Of a stretch of 52,038 nt of DNA, positions 44,113 to 52,038 are shown in pieces; positions within the stretch are counted from its first letter, which is position 1; every line of letters begins with the position of its first letter. Position numbers and translations under genes: made by a program. Location of the stretch: contig CAZWXV010000002.1 in the NCBI GenBank assembly GCA_964637995.1, positions 15,122 to 67,159 on the forward strand, written 5' to 3'. The notes below the pieces were generated by a model. That model was not told the origin of the DNA. It did no database searches and was given only the letters and a program-made list of their open reading frames with translations. Source of the DNA: an uncultured Candidatus Saccharibacteria bacterium. Lineage in GTDB: Bacteria; Patescibacteriota; Minisyncoccia; Phycocordibacterales; UBA9973.

Positions 44113-46434
44113 ATGAAAGAATATGAGCATTTGAAGTTGGAAAGAAAGTGGCAGGCGTACTGGGAGAAAAACAAAACCTTTCAGGCGCAAAATAAATCCA
44201 AAAAACCCAAATTTTACGGCTTAATCGAATTTCCGTACCCCTCCGGCGCAGGTATGCATGTCGGGCATATCCGTTCCAATACGGCGATGGACATCATTTC
44301 CCGGAAGCGCAGAATGGAAGGGTTTAACGTGTTATATCCTATCGGCTGGGATGCCTTCGGATTGCCCACGGAGAACTATGCAATCAAGACAGGGATTCAC
44401 CCGATAAAAGTTACCAAAGACAATACGGATACGTTCAGACGCCAGCTTAAAGCCCTGGGGTTTTCTTTTGACTGGGGGAGGGAAATAAACACCACCGACC
44501 CTAAATATTACAAGTGGACGCAATGGATATTTTTACAGTTTTTTAAAAAAGGTTTGGCTTATAAAACACGTACTTGGATAAACTGGTGTCCGAAAGATAA
44601 AATAGGTCTGGCCAACGAGGAAGTGGTGGGCGGAATGTGCGAACGTTGCGGTAGCCCCACTGAAAAGCGCGAAAAGGAACAATGGATGCTTGCCATTACC
44701 AAATACGCGGAGCGTCTGGATAAGGATCTGGATACTGTAGACTATCTTTCCAAGATTAAGATTCAGCAGAGGAATTGGATAGGGAAGTCCGAAGGTGCGG
44801 AAATCGATTTCAATATAAAAACGACTAGGCAAGACCTAGTCGAAAATGGGGTTTCTGTAAAAGTTTTCACTACCAGGCCCGACACCATTTTCGGCGCGAC
44901 GTACTTGGTGCTCGCGCCGGAGCATCCTCTTGTCAAAGAACTTGTAGAAAAATCCGAGAACAAAGACGCTGTACTACGATATATCGTAGCAGTAAAAAAG
45001 GAGACGGAAATCGAACGTACTGCAGTAGATAAAGAAAAAACCGGCGTGCAACTCACGGGCGTGAAGGCAATAAATCCCGCCACAAAAAAAGAAATTCCGG
45101 TATGGCTGGCGGATTATGTTTTGCCGCATTACGGCACTGGCGCCATCATGGCGGTTCCGGCGGACGACGCGCGCGACTATGAATTTGCCAAAAAATTCGG
45201 TTTGCCGATTGTGGAAAATTACAAAAAGGCGGGCTTTGAAGATTTTGGTAAAAAAGTTACCAGGTTTAAGCTTCGCGACTGGGTATTTTCCAGACAGAGG
45301 TATTGGGGCGAGCCGATACCGCTTATTAACTGCGGTAAATGCGGATGGGTGCCGGTGCCGGAGCATGACCTGCCGGTGGAACTGCCCAAAGTAAAAAATT
45401 ACCAGCCCACCGACAGCGGCGAATCACCCCTAGCCAATATCGCGAAGTGGGTCAATACCAAATGCCCTAAATGCAAAGGCAAAGCGAAAAGGGAGACGGA
45501 CACAATGCCCAACTGGGCGGGGAGCTCCTGGTATTTTTTGCGGTATACCGACCCGAAAAACAAAAAAGAATTCGCGTCAAAGAAAAGGTTGGGTTACTTT
45601 ATGAAAAACGGCATAGACTGGTATAACGGCGGCATGGAGCACACTACACTCCACCTGCTCTACTCGCGCTTCTGGCATAAGTTTTTGTACGACCTGAAAC
45701 TGGTGCCTACAAGTGAACCATACATGAAGCGCACCTCGCACGGAATGATACTGGCGGAGCAGGGGGAAAAAATGTCCAAGTCAAAGGGCAATGTGGTAAA
45801 TCCGGATAATTTGGTAAAAACGTACGGCGCAGATACGCTCCGGATGTACGAGATGTTTATGGGTCCGTTTGACCAGGCAGTCTCATGGAATACGGATAGT
45901 ATGATTGGCCCGCGCAGATTTTTGGAAAAAGTATGGCGAATCGGGCATAGAAAATTTATAACCGCAAGTGATGAAAAATTAAAAAAAGTATTGCACAAGA
46001 CCATAAAAAAAGTGGGGGAAGATATTGAAAGCATGAACTTTAATACGGCGATTTCCGCTCTGATGATTTTAGCAACTGAAATGGATAAGGCTCAATGGGT
46101 TTCTATAGAAGACTATAAAAAATTTCTACAGATACTTTCGCCCTTCACTCCGCACATAGCCGAAGAATTGTGGCAGGCGCTCGGAGAAAAGAAGTCTATC
46201 AATCTTTCAACCTGGCCGGAGTGGGATAAAAAATTAATAGTGGACGAAGAAGTAAGGATAGCAGTGCAGGTGAATGGAAAGGTAAGGGCGGAAATAATGA
46301 TTGGAGCGGAGGAAGGGGAAGAGAAGGTTAAAGAACTGGCTCTCGCGAGTGAGGCCGTGGCCAAATATACTGCCGGCCAGAATATTAAAAAAGTAATTTA
46401 TATCAAAGGCAGACTTATCAACATAGTCATCTAA
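44113..46434 (+). CDS. leuS: Leucine--tRNA ligase
   Basis: 773 aa with the HVGH (HIGH) and KMSKS motifs and a CP1 editing region. Confidence 0.95.
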   Translation: MKEYEHLKLERKWQAYWEKNKTFQAQNKSKKPKFYGLIEFPYPSGAGMHVGHIRSNTAMDIISRKRRMEGFNVLYPIGWDAFGLPTENYAIKTGIHPIKVTKDNTDTFRRQLKALGFSFDWGREINTTDPKYYKWTQWIFLQFFKKGLAYKTRTWINWCPKDKIGLANEEVVGGMCERCGSPTEKREKEQWMLAITKYAERLDKDLDTVDYLSKIKIQQRNWIGKSEGAEIDFNIKTTRQDLVENGVSVKVFTTRPDTIFGATYLVLAPEHPLVKELVEKSENKDAVLRYIVAVKKETEIERTAVDKEKTGVQLTGVKAINPATKKEIPVWLADYVLPHYGTGAIMAVPADDARDYEFAKKFGLPIVENYKKAGFEDFGKKVTRFKLRDWVFSRQRYWGEPIPLINCGKCGWVPVPEHDLPVELPKVKNYQPTDSGESPLANIAKWVNTKCPKCKGKAKRETDTMPNWAGSSWYFLRYTDPKNKKEFASKKRLGYFMKNGIDWYNGGMEHTTLHLLYSRFWHKFLYDLKLVPTSEPYMKRTSHGMILAEQGEKMSKSKGNVVNPDNLVKTYGADTLRMYEMFMGPFDQAVSWNTDSMIGPRRFLEKVWRIGHRKFITASDEKLKKVLHKTIKKVGEDIESMNFNTAISALMILATEMDKAQWVSIEDYKKFLQILSPFTPHIAEELWQALGEKKSINLSTWPEWDKKLIVDEEVRIAVQVNGKVRAEIMIGAEEGEEKVKELALASEAVAKYTAGQNIKKVIYIKGRLINIVI

Positions 46435-46444
46435 GGCTTATTTA

Positions 46445-46473
46445 TTGTGCGCTTTTATAACTAGTAGTATAAT
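46445..46473 (+). promoter_or_regulatory. Promoter TTGTGC-17-TATAAT, 6 nt upstream of the ATG at 46480
   Basis: TTGTGC at 46445-46450, TATAAT at 46468-46473, then attccc and the ATG. Confidence 0.5.
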
Positions 46474-46479
46474 ATTCCC

Positions 46480-48459
46480 ATGAGTTCAAACATATTTGAC
46501 CGGCTCGCATTTTTGTCATTATTCCTAATTGTGACCCTGTTGCCCGTTTTCTGCCTGCCTTTCACGGATATGCCGATAGAAATTTCCAAGGGCCTGGTTT
46601 TGGTTCTGGGGCTTGCGATTTGTGCTGTGCTGTGGGCTATCGGCAGGTTTGTGGAAGGTAAGATCCTAATACCCAAGTCCTGGCTCCTGTTGTCCGGGCT
46701 CGTCGTTATGCTGGTGTCTTTGGCTTCGGCTTTGCTTTCCGCCAATCCCCCCATATCTCTCTTTGGCGTGATGTTCGACACCGGCAGTTTCTGGTTTGTG
46801 TTCGCCGGCTTTATGCTGATGTTTCTTGTCGCGCTCAATGTCCGTTCGGAAAAACAGGCGCACATGCTTTTGTGGGGCGTTATCTTCTCGTCAATGCTCC
46901 TGCTGATCTTCCAAAGCGCATATTTATTTTTGCCTAAATGGTTGTCCTTGGGCCTTCTGGACGGCAAGACAGCCAACGTTTTCGGTTCCTGGAACAGCCT
47001 GGGGCTCTTCGCCGGTTTTTCCGCACTTATGTATATGCTTTTGGTGGAATTTTTTCCGGTCGCAAGATCAGGTAAAATTTTATTGCGAATATTCATACTC
47101 CTATCCCTGTTACTTACCGCGGCCGTGAATTTCTCGCTGGCCTGGATACTGCTTGGTGCCCTAAGCTTGATTATCTTCGTCTACAAGGCGTCAGTTTCCT
47201 TCCATAAAAAAGGAGACGAGGAAACAGGCCGGAGGCTTTTCCCGACGACTTCTTTTGCCGTGGTTATCATCTCTCTTCTGTTCCTGACCTCCGGGCCTCT
47301 TATCGGCGGCTTTCTTCCGGGTCGTTTGGGCATATCCAATACCGAAGTCAGTCCTTCCTTGTCGGCTACTTTTTCGATAGCTAAAAGCGTGATTGGCGAG
47401 AAACCTCTTTTGGGTATTGGACCAAACAGGTTCAACGAAGCATGGGCCAAATACAAACCCGCGAGCATAAACAGTACGGTTTTTTGGGATGTGGAATTCA
47501 GTTCGGGTAGCGGATTCATCCCAACCCTGATGGCTACAACTGGTATCTTGGGCGTATTGTCCTGGGGGGTTTTCCTGGTTGTGTTTTTATTGGCCGGATG
47601 GAGGTCTGTTTTCTCCGGCATGAAAAACGGCCTTAATTGGCAAATTATGGCCACATTCGTGTTGTCGCTCTATCTTCTGGCTGGCCTTCTCTTTTATTCC
47701 GCGGGCGCAGTGATATTCCTGCTGTTCCTTGCCTTTACCGGAGTGTTTATCGGTCTGGCGGCATCTAACCAGAACAAGGAAATGACCCTGACGTTCTTAA
47801 ACGATCACCGGAAAAGTTTTCTTTCCATTCTGGCACTCATAATACTCGCTATATTCTCGATAGCGGTGGCTTTCAGGTATATGGAACGTTTTGCCTCCGT
47901 GTCGCATCTGCGCCAGGCCCTGGGAGCCAGCGATGTTGTCGAGGCGGAAACTTCCATAAATAAGGCCATCGCCATGAATTATAACGATCTGTACCTACGG
48001 ACTTATTCTCAGGTATATTTGGTAAAACTGAACTCACTCGTTTCCGCATCCACCGCTCTTTCCGAAGAAGAAAAAACTGAACTTCAGAGGGTTTTTGACC
48101 AAGCGGTCCGGAGCGCGGAGCTTGCGGTGGAATACAACCCTTCCAATTATCAAAACTTCCGCCTGCTTGGTCTGGTGTATGAAACCGCTGGTACCCTAAA
48201 CGTCAAAGATGCTTATGCCAAAGCCGCTTTGGCTTACGAGAGCGCAGCGCGGCTGAATCCGCTTAATCCGGGCTTTCAGATAAGTCTGGCGCGGGTGGCA
48301 GCAGGGCAGGGCAAATTTCAGGAAGCGCTTGCATATGCCGAGGCAGCGTTGGTCCTGGCTCCGAATGACCAAAGCATAGTGGAATACATCAACTCCCTAA
48401 AAAACAAAACATCCGCACCGCCGGCCGCAACCGTGTCCGACGAAGAGCCGGCAAACTAA
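46480..48459 (+). CDS. O-antigen ligase/polymerase-like polytopic membrane protein with C-terminal TPR repeats
   Basis: 659 aa with at least ten transmembrane helices. Has PLLGIGPNRF (Wzy_C-like) and a TPR-like C-terminus (AYAKAALAYESAARLNPLNPG...). Confidence 0.65.
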   Translation: MSSNIFDRLAFLSLFLIVTLLPVFCLPFTDMPIEISKGLVLVLGLAICAVLWAIGRFVEGKILIPKSWLLLSGLVVMLVSLASALLSANPPISLFGVMFDTGSFWFVFAGFMLMFLVALNVRSEKQAHMLLWGVIFSSMLLLIFQSAYLFLPKWLSLGLLDGKTANVFGSWNSLGLFAGFSALMYMLLVEFFPVARSGKILLRIFILLSLLLTAAVNFSLAWILLGALSLIIFVYKASVSFHKKGDEETGRRLFPTTSFAVVIISLLFLTSGPLIGGFLPGRLGISNTEVSPSLSATFSIAKSVIGEKPLLGIGPNRFNEAWAKYKPASINSTVFWDVEFSSGSGFIPTLMATTGILGVLSWGVFLVVFLLAGWRSVFSGMKNGLNWQIMATFVLSLYLLAGLLFYSAGAVIFLLFLAFTGVFIGLAASNQNKEMTLTFLNDHRKSFLSILALIILAIFSIAVAFRYMERFASVSHLRQALGASDVVEAETSINKAIAMNYNDLYLRTYSQVYLVKLNSLVSASTALSEEEKTELQRVFDQAVRSAELAVEYNPSNYQNFRLLGLVYETAGTLNVKDAYAKAALAYESAARLNPLNPGFQISLARVAAGQGKFQEALAYAEAALVLAPNDQSIVEYINSLKNKTSAPPAATVSDEEPAN

Positions 48460-48466
48460 TTTAGGA

Positions 48467-50146
48467 ATGGAGAAGATACTGCGAATTTTTACCAAGGAAT
48501 CCGGAACTGTAAACCAGGCCGCGCTCCTTCTGGGCTCATTCACTCTTCTTTCACAGATTTTAGCCCTTTTCCGCGACCGGGCGCTGGCGCACTTCATAGG
48601 ACCTTCCTCCACTCTCGACGCGTATTATGCCGCGTTCCGGGTGCCGGACCTGATATTCATCGGCATTGCGTCGCTCGCATCCATCACCGTGCTCATTCCT
48701 TTTCTTGTTGCCAAGATGAGCGGGGAGAAGATTACGCCGGAATCCAGAAAGTTCCTGAATGACGTTTTTACCGTTTTTATCTGCATGATGGTTCTAGTTT
48801 CATTTTTTGCGTATCTCCTGATGCCCTATCTGGTGTTTTTCATTGCCCCGGGTTTCGAGCCGGACCTGCAATGGAAGGTTATCGCACTCTCACGCATAAT
48901 GCTTCTGTCACCCATACTCTTGGGCCTTTCCAATCTTCTGGGTACTATTACCCAGCTTTTCCGAAAATTCTTCATTTATTCCTTAAGTCCGGTTTTTTAC
49001 AACATAGGAATAATCTTCGGGGTACTGTTCTTTTATCCCATATGGGGTATTTACGGCATGGGTATGGGTGTGGCCTTAGGCGCCCTTCTTCATTTCTCGG
49101 TGCAATTTTTCGCGTCCGGCCATTGTGGATTTGCACCCAGGCTTTCTTTCTCCATTAATTTCGAGGACATCAAAAAAACAGCGCTTATTTCCTTGCCCCG
49201 AACCCTGGGGCTTGCTTTTAACAATATCGCCCTTATCGTAATTATCGCCCTTGCTTCCTTTTTGGAGAGCGGCTCTATCTCCATATTTAATTTTTCTTAT
49301 AACCTGCAATCGGTTCCGCTCAACATCATCGGCATATCTTATGCCGTAGCTGCTTTTCCGACATTGGCCAAGTCGTTTGGAGCGGGCAAGCAGGAGGAAT
49401 TCAAACAGCACCTAAAAGATGCCTCGCGGGCTATCGTTTTTTGGTCTTTGCCCACAATTTTCCTTTTCATCGTCCTGCGGGCGCAGATAGTCCGGGTCAT
49501 CTTGGGCTCCGGTTCTTTTTCTTGGGACAATACCCGTCTGGTAGCGGCATGCCTCGCGGTGTTTTCCGTATCGATTCTGGCACAGGGTATGATCACGCTC
49601 CTGTCCCGCTCGTACTATGCCACGGGCAATACACGCCGTCCCCTTATCATGAATCTTTCATGCTCCCTCCTGATCATCGTCCTAGCCTATGCGTTGATAC
49701 ATTTGTTCCAAAATGTACCCATGTTCCGCTATTTCATCGAATCACTTCTTAAGGTCAGCGATATTCCGGGTACGGAAGTACTCATGCTACCCTTGGCGTA
49801 CTCTCTAGGCACAATTCTCAACTTCATACTTCATGCCGTTTCCATCAAGAAAGAATTCATGCCCAAGGAGCCTTTTGTGAGCAAAACTTTTTTCCAAAGC
49901 TTGGGCGCTTCATTTTTTCTCGCGCTCGTGACTTATTTGAGCCTGAACGCTCTTTCGCCGGTCTTCGGCACTACTACTTTCTGGGGTATTTTCCTGCAGG
50001 GGTTCATCTCGGGGCTTATGGGTATTTTGGCGGGCGGTGTCATCCTCCATCTCTTGGGCAGCGAGGAACTGAAGAGTCTCCTCCAAACCCTTACCTCCAA
50101 GTTCTGGCGGGCCAAGGTCATCGCCCCGCCTACGGAGGAACTTTAA
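48467..50146 (+). CDS. murJ: Lipid II flippase MurJ (MviN)
   Basis: 559 aa with SQILALFRDRALAHFIGPSSTLDAYYAAFRVPDLIF and 14-TM-like hydrophobicity. Confidence 0.85.
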   Translation: MEKILRIFTKESGTVNQAALLLGSFTLLSQILALFRDRALAHFIGPSSTLDAYYAAFRVPDLIFIGIASLASITVLIPFLVAKMSGEKITPESRKFLNDVFTVFICMMVLVSFFAYLLMPYLVFFIAPGFEPDLQWKVIALSRIMLLSPILLGLSNLLGTITQLFRKFFIYSLSPVFYNIGIIFGVLFFYPIWGIYGMGMGVALGALLHFSVQFFASGHCGFAPRLSFSINFEDIKKTALISLPRTLGLAFNNIALIVIIALASFLESGSISIFNFSYNLQSVPLNIIGISYAVAAFPTLAKSFGAGKQEEFKQHLKDASRAIVFWSLPTIFLFIVLRAQIVRVILGSGSFSWDNTRLVAACLAVFSVSILAQGMITLLSRSYYATGNTRRPLIMNLSCSLLIIVLAYALIHLFQNVPMFRYFIESLLKVSDIPGTEVLMLPLAYSLGTILNFILHAVSIKKEFMPKEPFVSKTFFQSLGASFFLALVTYLSLNALSPVFGTTTFWGIFLQGFISGLMGILAGGVILHLLGSEELKSLLQTLTSKFWRAKVIAPPTEEL

Positions 50147-50149
50147 ACC

Positions 50150-50180
50150 GGCTTTATAATCTTTATAATTAAGCCTTTTT
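50150..50180 (+). terminator. Weak hairpin + T-run after murJ
   Basis: ggctt(50150-50154) pairs with aagcc(50171-50175), followed by ttttt. The loop holds a tandem ctttataat x2. Confidence 0.3.
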
Positions 50181-50181
50181 C

Positions 50182-50190
50182 TGCTAGAAT
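50182..50190 (+). promoter_or_regulatory. Extended -10 (TGcTAGAAT), 6 nt upstream of the ABC exporter ATG
   Basis: Sequence is tgcTAGAATcaaagaATG. Confidence 0.45.
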
Positions 50191-50196
50191 CAAAGA

Positions 50197-51960
50197 ATGG
50201 CAGATAAAAAGCCGGGAACCCTAAGACGCATTGCTTTTTTTCTTAAAGATCGCAAAAAAACGATTCTGCTTTTGTTGGTGTTTGTTACCTTATCTCAAGC
50301 AGCGAGTATTACCGTACCCTTCATCTCAAAAATAATTATCGATACTCTGACCAGATTTATAAAGAATGGCGGAGCGTTGCCTCTGTCTCTTTTGATATAC
50401 TGCGCCTTGGGAATTTTGGTTGTGACGCTTATAAGCAATATGCTGCATTCCAAATACAATTACCACCTTTTTAAAATAGCGACCGAGACCGAAGACAAAA
50501 TCAAAAATCAGGCCTTTGAGAAATATATGCAGCTGCATGCCTTATTCCATCACGGGGCGTCCAGTGGGCAAATTATCGGGCGCATTGACCGCGGCGCGAC
50601 CTCCTTGTTCACTATCCTATACGACATAATAGGGCAAAATTTTACCCCGCCCATTATTATTTTCCTTGGCGCATTTGCCGCACTCCTCTACTCCAACGTA
50701 TGGATCGCGTTAGCCATCCTTATTCCGTTTCCGATTTACATACTGGCTACCCGGAGCATTGCCAATAAAATATATTTGATTGAGCAGGAGGCCAACGACG
50801 CCTTTGAAGGTGTTTCCAAGGAAATGTACGACGTGGCGGGGAACATTCTCACAGTCAAGAAGTTTTCCCAGGAAGAAACGGAAACCAGAAGCAACTACAG
50901 CATGCTGGGCGACGCGCGCGCGGTCCAGTACGAGGCCGAGCGGCTGTGGGAATGGGTTGAAAACATACAGTCGGTAATATCCACCACCGGCAGGGTCGCG
51001 GTCTTAGGGCTTTCGGCATGGTTTGTTTTACAGGGCACAGCGACCATCGGCCAGTTCGTTTTATACGTTACCCTCCAAAATATGGCCTATCAGCCCCTGT
51101 CGAATATTGGCTCGCTCTTTACCCGCCTGCGCAGGAATATGACCCGCGTAGACCGTTTATTTGCGGTATTGGATGAACACCTGCATGTGACCGACATGCT
51201 CAATGCCACTACCTTGCCGCCTTTCGGAGAGAAGATAGAGTTCAAAAACGTATCCTTTTCCTATCATCAAGACGACCAGTATGCGTTAAAAGACATAAAT
51301 GTGGTCATACCGCACGGCACGACCTGCGCGCTGGTCGGGAGGTCCGGCAGCGGCAAAACCACTTTTATCAATCTCCTGCTCCGTTCCTACGACCCCGACC
51401 GGGGCAAGATACTGATTGACGATATAGACATCAAGACCGTGACTCAAGCTAGCCTCCGCGCCCAGATTGCCGTGGTGCCGCAGGAAGTCGATTTGTTTTC
51501 CCGTACTGTCAGCCAAAATATTGCCTACGGGCAGGAAAATACCTCCAAAGCAAAAGTAGAGAACGCGGCGAAAACCGCGCTGGCCCATGATTTTATTTTA
51601 AAACTGGAGGACGGATACGACACCGTCGTCGGGGAAAGAGGCATAAAACTTTCCGGGGGAGAACGCCAGAGAATCGGCATCGCCCGCGCCGTGTTGCGCG
51701 ACCCGAAAATCCTGATTTTAGATGAAGCGACCAGCCACCTGGACACGGAAAGCGAACAGATTATCACCCGCGCCACGGATGCCTTGGTCAAAAACCGCAC
51801 GTCGCTCATCATCGCCCACCGTCTTTCGACGGTCATTCACGCGGATAAAATCCTGGTTTTCAATGAAGGACGGATAGAGGCGGAGGGCACCCACACGGAG
51901 CTGTTGCGTTCCAGTAAGACATACAAACGCCTGCATTCGCTCCAATTCGAAGAAGATTAA
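50197..51960 (+). CDS. ABC exporter, fused permease/ATPase (MsbA/type 1 exporter-like)
   Basis: 587 aa with six N-terminal transmembrane helices. Has Walker A GRSGSGKTT, the signature LSGGERQR and Walker B ILILDEATS. Confidence 0.85.
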   Translation: MADKKPGTLRRIAFFLKDRKKTILLLLVFVTLSQAASITVPFISKIIIDTLTRFIKNGGALPLSLLIYCALGILVVTLISNMLHSKYNYHLFKIATETEDKIKNQAFEKYMQLHALFHHGASSGQIIGRIDRGATSLFTILYDIIGQNFTPPIIIFLGAFAALLYSNVWIALAILIPFPIYILATRSIANKIYLIEQEANDAFEGVSKEMYDVAGNILTVKKFSQEETETRSNYSMLGDARAVQYEAERLWEWVENIQSVISTTGRVAVLGLSAWFVLQGTATIGQFVLYVTLQNMAYQPLSNIGSLFTRLRRNMTRVDRLFAVLDEHLHVTDMLNATTLPPFGEKIEFKNVSFSYHQDDQYALKDINVVIPHGTTCALVGRSGSGKTTFINLLLRSYDPDRGKILIDDIDIKTVTQASLRAQIAVVPQEVDLFSRTVSQNIAYGQENTSKAKVENAAKTALAHDFILKLEDGYDTVVGERGIKLSGGERQRIGIARAVLRDPKILILDEATSHLDTESEQIITRATDALVKNRTSLIIAHRLSTVIHADKILVFNEGRIEAEGTHTELLRSSKTYKRLHSLQFEED

Positions 51961-51963
51961 TTT

Positions 51964-52038
51964 ATGGATTTAAAACACATCAGAAATTTCAGCATCATAG
52001 CCCACATTGACCACGGCAAATCCACTCTGGCGGACCGG
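51964..52038 (+). CDS. lepA: Translation elongation factor 4 (LepA), N-terminus only (partial)
   Basis: My own translation is MDLKHIRNFSIIAHIDHGKSTLADR, the canonical LepA G1 region. It runs off the window end. Confidence 0.85.
   Translation, partial: MDLKHIRNFSIIAHIDHGKSTLADR

Noticed and set aside
1-52038. Mobile elements, tRNA/rRNA genes, CRISPR arrays and known defence systems
   Set aside because: I found no transposase, integrase or recombinase-like ORFs, no cloverleaf-sized conserved intergenic segments, no spaced repeat arrays and no recognisable defence-gene signatures. The intergenic regions are mostly under 100 nt.

Overview
The gene content points to a small-genome, CPR/Patescibacteria-like bacterium; this assignment is inferred, not searched. 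The evidence is a split transketolase, DUF5671 and lamin-tail-domain proteins, many small membrane ORFs, almost no Shine-Dalgarno sites, and no respiratory genes. Coding density is very high and I saw no rRNA, tRNA, CRISPR array, transposase or integrase.

Layout:
- 1-1.9 kb: partial dnaE (runs off the window edge) and gap.
- 1.9-2.7 kb: a very AT-rich islet carrying a TrpR/YerC-like gene flanked by a 29-bp direct repeat.
- 2.7-6.8 kb: a ParB/Srx-like plus cysteine-synthase-like operon, dapF, a GC-rich aspartokinase lacking ACT domains, and a divergent ACT-like gene.
- 6.8-19.1 kb: a pentose-phosphate/phosphoketolase block (rpiB, an IMPase/FBPase-family gene, rpe-like, split tkt, a PfkB kinase, glmS, pta, xfp), interrupted by a lamin-tail-domain surface protein.
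- 19.2-29.8 kb: a copper and thiol-handling island (csoR-copA, DUF305, DUF302, DUF2892, DUF1573, CcdA-like, DUF3105, HMA-TauE, a cupredoxin-like gene) with two small Met/Gly- or His/Cys-rich ORFs missing from the ORF track.
- 29.9-39.9 kb: the most unusual part. A 2212-aa phage-tail-fibre-like secreted protein with a peptidase-S74 intramolecular-chaperone domain and a PEPx tail, followed by an FN3-dockerin protein and two membrane-anchored cohesin-like proteins.
- 39.9-52 kb: housekeeping and envelope genes (ychF, a DMT transporter, a methyltransferase, leuS, an O-antigen-ligase-like TPR protein, murJ, an ABC exporter, the start of lepA).

One pattern recurs across the window: a -10-like hexamer, often with an extended TGn, sits 5-7 nt upstream of the start codon of operon-first genes. 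This suggests widespread leaderless transcripts.
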